This document shows, in pieces, positions 7,565-12,976 of a DNA stretch of 37,513 nt. How positions within the stretch are numbered: position 1 is the stretch's first letter; every line of letters begins with the position of its first letter. The stretch lies in the IMG/VR virus record IMGVR_UViG_3300045988_075083, positions 1 to 37,513 of that record; one strand, given 5' to 3'. The DNA is from a virus. Both the position numbers and the translations under genes were made by a program. The notes under the pieces are model-generated. The model saw only the letters and a program-made list of their open reading frames with translations, did no database searches and was not told the DNA's origin.

Positions 7565-7876
7565 ATGAAGCTGATCCAGAAACTGTCTGAGATGGTCGAC
7601 GAAGAGATCGGCGACGCTCACAAGTACGCCAAGTGCGCCCTGGAGTACAAGGACACCCGGCCCAATCTGGCGAAAGTGTTCTTTGACCTCTCCGCCGCCG
7701 AGACGCAGCACATGACCATCTTGCACACCGAGGTGGCGAAGCTGATCGAGCAGTACCGGCAGGAGAAGGGCGAACCACCCGAGGGCATGAGAGCCGTCTA
7801 TGACTATCTGCACCAAAAACAGATCGACAAGGCGGCGGAAGTCAAGACCTTGCAGGGGATGTACCGGGGCGCGTAG
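7565..7876 (+). CDS. Accessory-locus protein E: helical (ferritin-like/Coat-F-like four-helix) protein (103 aa)
   Basis: RBS GAGGTG at 7555-7560, ATG 7565. DEEIGDAHKYAKCALEYKD...FFDLSAAETQHMTILHTEV. Confidence 0.6.
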   Translation: MKLIQKLSEMVDEEIGDAHKYAKCALEYKDTRPNLAKVFFDLSAAETQHMTILHTEVAKLIEQYRQEKGEPPEGMRAVYDYLHQKQIDKAAEVKTLQGMYRGA

Positions 7877-7885
7877 TCTCCCCTG

Positions 7886-7896
7886 CCGTCTGTAAT
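7886..7896 (+). repeat. Arm-type integrase-binding site candidate CCGTCTGTAAT (P arm)
   Basis: Identical 11-mer also at 8107-8117 and 8119-8129, in the same orientation, flanking the tRNA-like core. Confidence 0.5.
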
Positions 7897-7992
7897 CCAT
7901 ATGTAATTTTTGTGCCAAAGTTGCAAATAGTCGGCTTAAAAACGGCACGGTCGGCCTATGTCTCAAATCCCGCCAAACCACATGAATACAAG

Positions 7993-8033
7993 AAAACCCG
8001 AGGAACCCGCATAGTTCCTCGGTTTTCTCGTTT
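7993..8033. terminator. Bidirectional rho-independent terminator adjacent to the attP core
   Basis: 9-bp perfect stem ccgaggaac / gttcctcgg, loop ccgcata, T-rich on both strands. After integration it would terminate the reconstituted tRNA gene. Confidence 0.6.
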
Positions 8034-8060
8034 GGTGCCCCGTCGGGGATTCGAACCCCG
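8033..8060 (-). other. attP core: 3' fragment of a tRNA gene (T-arm, acceptor 3' strand and CCA), not a complete tRNA
   Basis: Minus strand reads CGGGGTTCGAATCCCCGACGGGGCACCA. The sequence where the anticodon and D arms should lie (8061-8110) has no tRNA features. Confidence 0.7.
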
Positions 8061-8086
8061 TGTAAATTCGACTATAATCGTTGATA

Positions 8087-9115
8087 TTACTGCGTTTCTC
8101 GATTTTCCGTCTGTAATTCCGTCTGTAATTTTGCGTTGAAGTAGTCGTCCAGCTTGGCGGCGACGGCTATCTGCCGAGCGGTCATCGTGTGCTGATAGAC
8201 CGTTTGCAGCATGTTGTCCGTGGCGTGGCCCAGGCGCTCCTGCGAGTACTTATTGGGCACGTTCAGCGCCAGCATAACGGAGGCGTTAATATGGCGCAGG
8301 TCGTGGAATCGGTAGTGCTGGACGCCGGCACGGCGGCAGATGGTCTGAAAGCGAACGTAAAGCCCGCGGCGGGTGTAGGACACGATGCGCTCCCCGTCGT
8401 GAGGAGCGCGGGCCAGCAGCTCCGCTATGTAGTCCGGGATCAGCAGATCGCGCTGAGATGCGTAGGTCTTGGTGGTCTTCTCGCCCTCGTCGACCAGGGC
8501 GCGGCGGATGTGCAGCACGCTGCCGTCCACGTCCGACCACTTGAGGCCGAGGATCTCGGACATACGCAGGCCCAGCCAGATGGCCAGCAGGATGGGCAGC
8601 TCTGCCGGTTCGCCCTGAGCGGAGCACATGATAGCGGCCACATCGTCGTCCGACGGGATGGCGATGTCGTAGCGCTGCTTTTGCGGCATGGTCGTCCTGA
8701 GTACCAGGTCGGGCCGGTACACCGCCATGGCGGCGCTCAGGAGGCCGTGAGCGTTGCGCACCGTCTTAGGGGACTTATCCCGCGCCATGAGGTTGATAGA
8801 CCGCTGCACGTCCTGAGCCGTCAGGCTGTCCACGGGGCGGGGCATCAAGTCCTGGAGGGCGTTGGCCCGGACGCGCCTGTACCCGGCCACCGTGGACGGG
8901 GACAGGACGGCATCCTTGCTCTCGATGTACTTGTCGATAGCCTCACCCACCGTCATGCTGCTCTTGGGCGCCACCTTCGCGCCGCCTTTGATGGCGGCGG
9001 CCTGGCGCTCTACCTCTTTCCTGGTGGCGGCGGTGATGGAGATCCGCTGACGGTCGACCATCATGTTGATATTCCAGTTGCCGGAGGGCAGCTTCGTGGC
9101 CTTTGGTATCTTCAC
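8087..9115 (-). CDS. int: Tyrosine recombinase / phage integrase (342 aa)
   Basis: GTG 9115, 8 nt after GGAGG. N-terminus VKIPKATKLPSGNWNINMMVD. Catalytic-type motifs LGLRMSEILGLKWSDV, HDLRH, LGH, YQHT. The upstream 71 codons of the track ORF are Arg/Pro/Gly-rich junk. Confidence 0.92.
   Translation of the reverse strand: MKIPKATKLPSGNWNINMMVDRQRISITAATRKEVERQAAAIKGGAKVAPKSSMTVGEAIDKYIESKDAVLSPSTVAGYRRVRANALQDLMPRPVDSLTAQDVQRSINLMARDKSPKTVRNAHGLLSAAMAVYRPDLVLRTTMPQKQRYDIAIPSDDDVAAIMCSAQGEPAELPILLAIWLGLRMSEILGLKWSDVDGSVLHIRRALVDEGEKTTKTYASQRDLLIPDYIAELLARAPHDGERIVSYTRRGLYVRFQTICRRAGVQHYRFHDLRHINASVMLALNVPNKYSQERLGHATDNMLQTVYQHTMTARQIAVAAKLDDYFNAKLQTELQTENRETQ
8106..8129 (+). repeat. Tandem 12-bp repeat tccgtctgtaat x2 (P' arm-type site candidates), inside the integrase 3' coding end
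   Basis: Read directly; encodes the duplicated LQTE-LQTE at the integrase C-terminus. Confidence 0.5.
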
Positions 9116-9129
9116 GTCTCTTTCCTCCC

Positions 9130-9678
9130 CTACTCCTCCGAGGCGATGCGGCGGGCGTAGCGCAGGGCGGAGAACAGCGCGGAGGACATGACGCCGAAGG
9201 CGATGGCCACCAGGGCGATGATGCCCCACGCGCCGGCGCCCACCTGGCCGCCCTTGATGAGGCCCGCGTCCTTGATGCGGAAATCCATCACGATATAGAA
9301 AATCAGCGTCACCGAGAGGACGGCACACAGAAAGGACAGGACAAGGATCGTCGACAGGCGGCTTTTGTCCAATTCTTTCCGCAGGCTGTTGACCTCGGTC
9401 AGGCGCTGATTTTCGCTATTCATACGATCTTCTTTCAGCTGCCGCCGCAGCCGCGCTTCGACGTCCTCGGCGGGTGTAATACAGAGGCACTCGTCGATAG
9501 AGACACCCAGGAATTTGCAGATCAGCCCGGCGTAAACGAGGCCGGGTACCTTGCTGGTGGCCGCGAAAAAGTTCTTGACGCTGGACAGGGGGATGCCTGT
9601 TGCATCGGCGATGTCCTGGTTGGTGTAGCCGAGACGGTCTCGCGCCTCTCGGCATTTTTCTTGCAGCTTTTGTACCAT
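9130..9678 (-). CDS. Membrane-anchored XRE-family HTH regulator (HTH, coiled coil, two TM helices; 182 aa)
   Basis: ATG 9678 with RBS AAGGAGAG. HTH LGYTNQDIADATGIPLSSVKNFF. TM segments LSTILVLSFLCAVLSVTLIFYIVM and AWGIIALVAIAFGVMSSALFSAL. Stop lies 14 nt upstream of the int start. Confidence 0.8.
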   Translation of the reverse strand: MVQKLQEKCREARDRLGYTNQDIADATGIPLSSVKNFFAATSKVPGLVYAGLICKFLGVSIDECLCITPAEDVEARLRRQLKEDRMNSENQRLTEVNSLRKELDKSRLSTILVLSFLCAVLSVTLIFYIVMDFRIKDAGLIKGGQVGAGAWGIIALVAIAFGVMSSALFSALRYARRIASEE

Positions 9679-9830
9679 TTTCTCTCCTTCGACCCCTTTC
9701 TGGGTCGGCCCGGCCCAAATCTTGGCCGTCGAGCCCTGTCGAAAGCCAAGATTCGGGCTTGACCTACCCGACCGAAAATTGCTACGCTGGACGTGCACCC
9801 GGCAAGCGATGGTGGCGCGGGCCGGATGCG

Positions 9831-9864
9831 AGGCCCCGCCGGCGTTGCGGAGACGGCGGGGCCT
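9831..9864. other. GC-rich 11-bp stem-loop in the 220-nt spacer downstream of the HIRAN/TM2 gene
   Basis: aggccccgccg pairs with cggcggggcct; no U-tract on the transcribed (minus) strand. Confidence 0.5.
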
Positions 9865-9878
9865 TATCAAATCATTTC

Positions 9879-9899
9879 GTGCTCAAGTTGGGCACGGGC
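9879..9899. repeat. 21-nt motif GTGCTCAAGTTGGGCACGGGC (20/21 identical to 23687-23707); its first 17 nt form a hairpin
   Basis: Compared base by base; abuts and overlaps the stop codon of the HIRAN/TM2 gene (9899-9901). Confidence 0.8.
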
Positions 9900-11230
9900 T
9901 ATACATAGTACGGATTGGGCTTGGTCAGCAGGATGATGCAGTCGATCAGCCAGCCGAAGCCGACAAGTCCTAGCGTGAACAAGTAGAGAATCCCAGTGCC
10001 GATCTTGCCCTCGTAAAAGCGGTGGACACCAAAGAAGCCCAGAAACAGGCACAAGAAAAATGCCACCCACTTATTTTTCTCGCGGCCATGTGGCACGGCC
10101 ACGGCGTTGACGTTGTTGATGATTACATTGGGCTGCTGGACGGGCTGCTGATAGGTTTGCGGAGCTGTTGCGGGCCTCCCGCAATTTGTGCAGAATTTTG
10201 CACTTGCTGCAATTTTGCCTCCGCAATACCGGCAAAACCTGGTGGCGGGCGTTGGCGCGACGGGTGTCTCCGCAGAGGGTTTCGTCTCTACGGCGGGCTG
10301 CACCTCCACAGGAAGCTGCGTCTCTACGACAGGCTTTGGCTCGCCCGGAGCTGTGATTTCAAGCTTTGCGTAAAATTCTATCTCGCCACGTTTAATTTGA
10401 ATTTTCCCGTCCTCGTCCTCGTAGAGTTCCTTGTATGGGCCGCCGCCAATGTCTATCTTAACTCGGACATCGTCCTTTTTCAGAAGATTGCGGACGCGGC
10501 TGGTGCTGCTTTTCTTGACGTACCCGATATGGACGCCTCCAACCTCTACGCGGATCGCGTTCGGATCGTACTTGTTTTCTGGTTCATCGACAAGAGCCAC
10601 GTCATCCCTGTACTCTGAGAGATATTGCCATATCCGATCCCCGTCGTCGTAGTTTTCTCTCAGGTAAGACTTGCTCTCATAATAGTCACCATCTTCCTTA
10701 AGCATGTCCTCAATAGCGTCTGTGCGGAAGCTTGTCCCCGCGACCTTAAAGGTATACTTGACCCGCTCGACCGCTTTGGTCGGTTTTGGGGGAGCTTCAC
10801 TTAGATTTTCTACCCGGTTTGACAGCATTCCTTGCGCAGACTTTTTTATGAGATCGGACAGCCTAGCAGCGTCTTCTGCAGAGTTTATGGGGATTTTCCA
10901 GTGGCGCTGATTTTTGTTTTCTACTTGACCGAATCGTGGGTCGTCTCCAATGTCGCTTCCCCAGCAGTCTAGAGATATCCACTTAGATCTGACTCCGGCT
11001 TTTAGGCGGCAGAAGTCGTCCCCATAAGTTGGCCCAACAAACGACAGATACTTTTCCGTGCGTCGCTCAAGGTGAAACTTATCTGCTATGTCTCCAAGTG
11101 CGGAAAAGATTTCTTCGACTATCGGCTTTTCAATATCCGTCAAAACTACTTCTTCCTTGTGCTTATTAACATCTGATGTAACGAATGGCATTCCGTCAGC
11201 AGCTACACCAATCGTGATACGCATAAGCAT
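9899..11230 (-). CDS. Multidomain protein: unknown N-terminal domain, HIRAN domain, Pro-rich linker, zinc ribbon, TM2 membrane domain (443 aa)
   Basis: HIRAN: KVAGTSFR...LVDEPENKYDPNAIRVEVGGVHIGYV. Zinc ribbon: FCRYCGGKIAASAKFCTNCG. TM2: WVAFFLCLFLGFFGVHRFYEGKIGTGILYLFTLGLVGFGWLIDCIILL. The second ATG (11224) has better RBS spacing. The 5' two-thirds is low GC (11101-11160 = 23/60). Confidence 0.85.
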   Translation of the reverse strand: MLMRITIGVAADGMPFVTSDVNKHKEEVVLTDIEKPIVEEIFSALGDIADKFHLERRTEKYLSFVGPTYGDDFCRLKAGVRSKWISLDCWGSDIGDDPRFGQVENKNQRHWKIPINSAEDAARLSDLIKKSAQGMLSNRVENLSEAPPKPTKAVERVKYTFKVAGTSFRTDAIEDMLKEDGDYYESKSYLRENYDDGDRIWQYLSEYRDDVALVDEPENKYDPNAIRVEVGGVHIGYVKKSSTSRVRNLLKKDDVRVKIDIGGGPYKELYEDEDGKIQIKRGEIEFYAKLEITAPGEPKPVVETQLPVEVQPAVETKPSAETPVAPTPATRFCRYCGGKIAASAKFCTNCGRPATAPQTYQQPVQQPNVIINNVNAVAVPHGREKNKWVAFFLCLFLGFFGVHRFYEGKIGTGILYLFTLGLVGFGWLIDCIILLTKPNPYYV

Positions 11231-11306
11231 TCCCTCCCCCTGTGCGATATAATAAATTCTGGCCCCCAGCCAGTGAGCGATAAATTATGGACGGAGGATA
11301 CATATC

Positions 11307-11495
11307 ATGTCAACGCCAGAAAGCCGCTTGCTCCAGATGATCCGCAGTTCCAGCGATCCCGCCGCCGCTCTTGAGGTGGCTATTTCAGTAATCCTTGACT
11401 ACGTAGTGTCAGCTCTACCCCCATCAGAACAGTCTCCTGCTGTTCTTTCGGCACAAGCCGAAACAGGCGCAGCAGATACTGCTCCGCAGGCGTAA
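11307..11495 (+). CDS. Small hypothetical protein (62 aa) converging on and overlapping the repressor gene 3' end
   Basis: Good RBS GGAGGA 8 nt upstream of the ATG. MSTPESRLLQMIRSSSDPAAALEVAISVILDYV resembles small helical proteins I recall from Firmicutes mobile elements. The 116-nt antisense overlap lowers confidence. Confidence 0.4.
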   Translation: MSTPESRLLQMIRSSSDPAAALEVAISVILDYVVSALPPSEQSPAVLSAQAETGAADTAPQA

Positions 11496-11724
11496 CCCGT
11501 TCCTCAACCACCTCGCCATCGGCGGGGTGGTTTTCGTCTTTCATCAGTTCTTCCGCTGTTATTTTGAAGTAATTCGCTATGCGAAGCGCAGTGGCGTCGG
11601 ACGGCAGTCCACCCTTCTTCCAGCGAGTTACGGACGATCTTTCGAGACCAATTTCCAGAATGACCGCCGTCGGCGACTTCCCCACCGAATTGCAAAGCGA
11701 AACAAAATTTTTGTAAAAAGCCAT
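11380..11724 (-). CDS. CI-like repressor, XRE-family HTH (114 aa)
   Basis: MAFYKNFVSLCNSVGKSPTAVILEIGLERSSVTRWKKGGLPSDATALRIANYF. Divergent from a Cro-like gene. Confidence 0.85.
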   Translation of the reverse strand: MAFYKNFVSLCNSVGKSPTAVILEIGLERSSVTRWKKGGLPSDATALRIANYFKITAEELMKDENHPADGEVVEERVTPAEQYLLRLFRLVPKEQQETVLMGVELTLRSQGLLK

Positions 11725-11748
11725 AAAATTTCCTCACATAATTTGTGC

Positions 11749-11777
11749 AGTCTATCAGAAGTTGGTAAAGTTCGCAA
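11749..11777 (-). promoter_or_regulatory. Candidate leftward promoter for the repressor (TTGCGA-17 nt-TAGACT)
   Basis: -35 is the reverse complement of 11772-11777 and -10 of 11749-11754, about 25 nt upstream of ATG 11724. Confidence 0.45.
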
Positions 11778-11784
11778 ATTTGTA

Positions 11785-11814
11785 TTGACAAGTTGGTTTT
11801 GTTGGTTTTATAAT
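11785..11814 (+). promoter_or_regulatory. Strong sigma-A-type rightward promoter (TTGACA-18 nt-TATAAT), overlapped by direct repeats AAGTTGGT/GTTGGTTTT
   Basis: TTGACA at 11785-11790, TATAAT at 11809-11814. AAGTTGGT at 11759-11766 and 11790-11797. GTTGGTTTT at 11792-11800 and 11801-11809. Confidence 0.65.
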
Positions 11815-11964
11815 CCAATCATCCCCCGGGCGGACAGGCCCGCGGGAATGTCCTCCCATAGTATGTCTTGGAAGTCTGACCCTCTCCCTTATCGCACACA
11901 TAGCCAGAAGCAAAGGCATGGAGGCAAACGCCCCTGTGCTGCCGGGTGACGCCGGCGCGCAGAC

Positions 11965-12024
11965 ACGGGTGGTACGTATGGTTTTCTTTTTGATTCTTTT
12001 CGTCTTTCCCATCGTACCACCCGT
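11965..12024 (+). other. 16-bp stem (one bulge) hairpin with a 27-nt pyrimidine-rich loop in the ~250-nt leader upstream of the cro-like gene
   Basis: acgggtggtacgtatgg pairs with ccatcgtaccacccgt. A possible minus-strand promoter, TTGACA (rc of 12034-12039)-17 nt-TACGAT (rc of 12011-12016), overlaps it. Confidence 0.55.
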
Positions 12025-12040
12025 TTCGCGTCCTGTCAAG

Positions 12041-12054
12041 TTAACCATGGTTAA
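12041..12054. promoter_or_regulatory. Perfect 14-bp palindrome TTAACCATGGTTAA (operator candidate) just upstream of the cro-like RBS
   Basis: Self-complementary as read; ends 14 nt before GTG 12069. Confidence 0.45.
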
Positions 12055-12068
12055 AGGTAGGTGATATT

Positions 12069-12272
12069 GTGCAACTAAGCAACAACATCCGGTGGCGGCG
12101 TGAAGCCAAGGGGCTGACGCAGACGGAGCTAGGCCGCCAGTGCGATGTGACAGCGGCGGCCATCAACCGGTTCGAGAGCGGCCTCAAGGTGCCGTCGCTG
12201 GTGACGGCGGTAGCGCTGGCCAAGGCGCTGGGCTGCTCGCTGGATGAGCTGGTGGGTTCCGCCAGCGCCTGA
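12069..12272 (+). CDS. Cro-like XRE-family HTH protein (67 aa, GTG start)
   Basis: NIRWRREAKGLTQTELGRQCDVTAAAINRFESGLKVPSLVTAVALAKALGCSLDELV. Confidence 0.85.
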   Translation: MQLSNNIRWRREAKGLTQTELGRQCDVTAAAINRFESGLKVPSLVTAVALAKALGCSLDELVGSASA

Positions 12273-12305
12273 AATAACAACAAAAACGACAAGGAGGAAA
12301 TTATT

Positions 12306-12482
12306 ATGGCAAGAATGAAAGATATGCTGATCTGCGAGATCGAGCTTCTGGCCCGCATGAGCGGATATGACGTGGAGGAGTTGATGGATATCTACTTCCA
12401 GTACGTGGACGAGTGTCAAGAGGCCGGGGAGCCGTGCAACTGGGACTACTTCATCGGCGTGACCATGGAGCGCGACTGGTAA
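12306..12482 (+). CDS. Small acidic hypothetical protein (58 aa)
   Basis: Strong RBS AAGGAGG 8 nt upstream of the ATG. MARMKDMLICEIELLARMSGYDVEELMDIYFQYVDECQEAGEPCNWDYFIGVTMERDW, about 14 acidic versus 4 basic residues. Below the ORF-track cutoff. Confidence 0.65.
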   Translation: MARMKDMLICEIELLARMSGYDVEELMDIYFQYVDECQEAGEPCNWDYFIGVTMERDW

Positions 12483-12527
12483 GCCCAGTGCCTAGGTCAA
12501 GCATAGCGGAAGGAGGGTTGTTTGTCC

Positions 12528-12974
12528 ATGCAGGATAACAGCAGAAACATCTACCAGACCGCCAGAAAATCGGCAGGTCTGACGCAGGAGGCGGCCGCGG
12601 AACGGCTGGCGGTGAGTCTGACCAGTCTGCGAGCCTACGAGGGCGGCGAGCGCGTCCCCGCGGGCGATGTGGTGGCCCGGATGTGCATCGTCTACGACAC
12701 GCAGTTTTTGGGCGTGCAGCACCTGCAGGCGTTCGGCGCATTGCTGCCGGAGTGCGTGCAGGAGGCCCGGCCGGAGCGGCTGGAGACGGCCACCATCAAG
12801 CTGGTGCGGCGGATCATGCGCTTTGCCGAGAGCCACCGGGAAGACCGGCTGCTGGAGATCGCCGAGGACGGCGTGATCGACGACGAGGAGCGGCCGGAGT
12901 TTCTGGCCATCACGGCGGAGCTGACGGACATCGTCAAGGCCGCGCTGGCCCTGATGTACACGGAGGAGGTGTAA
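12528..12974 (+). CDS. XRE-family HTH protein with C-terminal helical domain (148 aa)
   Basis: RBS GGAAGGAGGG at 12508-12517. ARKSAGLTQEAAAERLAVSLTSLRAYEGGERVP. Alternative TTG start at 12522. Confidence 0.8.
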   Translation: MQDNSRNIYQTARKSAGLTQEAAAERLAVSLTSLRAYEGGERVPAGDVVARMCIVYDTQFLGVQHLQAFGALLPECVQEARPERLETATIKLVRRIMRFAESHREDRLLEIAEDGVIDDEERPEFLAITAELTDIVKAALALMYTEEV

Positions 12975-12976
12975 CC

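Noticed and set aside
8033-8110. Possible complete tRNA gene on the minus strand
   Set aside because: Only the T-arm, acceptor 3' strand and CCA are present. The sequence where the anticodon and D arms should lie shows no tRNA features, so it is interpreted as the attP core.
7912-8139. 75-aa plus-strand ORF spanning the terminator, attP core and integrase 3' end
   Set aside because: It has no RBS, crosses a terminator and the tRNA fragment, and overlaps the integrase gene.
9103-9762. 219-aa plus-strand ORF opposite the XRE-TM gene, and the N-terminal 71 codons of the 8087-9328 integrase ORF
   Set aside because: These are shadow or run-on frames. The integrase start is placed at GTG 9115, behind a GGAGG RBS and matching the typical integrase N-terminus.
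9885-9905. Sigma-54 type promoter (TGGCAC-N5-TTGC) within the 21-nt motif (TTGGGCACGGGC)
   Set aside because: The -12 GC element is absent at the correct spacing, and there is no downstream gene in that orientation at 9879-9899.
11231-11306. TATAAT-like hexamers on both strands in the AT-rich gap upstream of the HIRAN gene and of the 11307 ORF
   Set aside because: I found no convincing -35 partners at 16-18 nt spacing on either strand, so they are not reported as promoters.
11880-11960. Possible c-di-GMP-I (GEMM) riboswitch because of the strings CGCACA, GCAAAGGC and GGCAAAC
   Set aside because: The motifs are in the wrong order relative to the GEMM-I consensus as I remember it, and I could not build the two-hairpin architecture. 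Only an Infernal scan could settle it.
11755-12048. 97-aa minus-strand ORF across the switch-region leader
   Set aside because: It runs through both divergent promoters, has basic low-complexity composition and lacks an RBS. The region is treated as non-coding regulatory or leader sequence.
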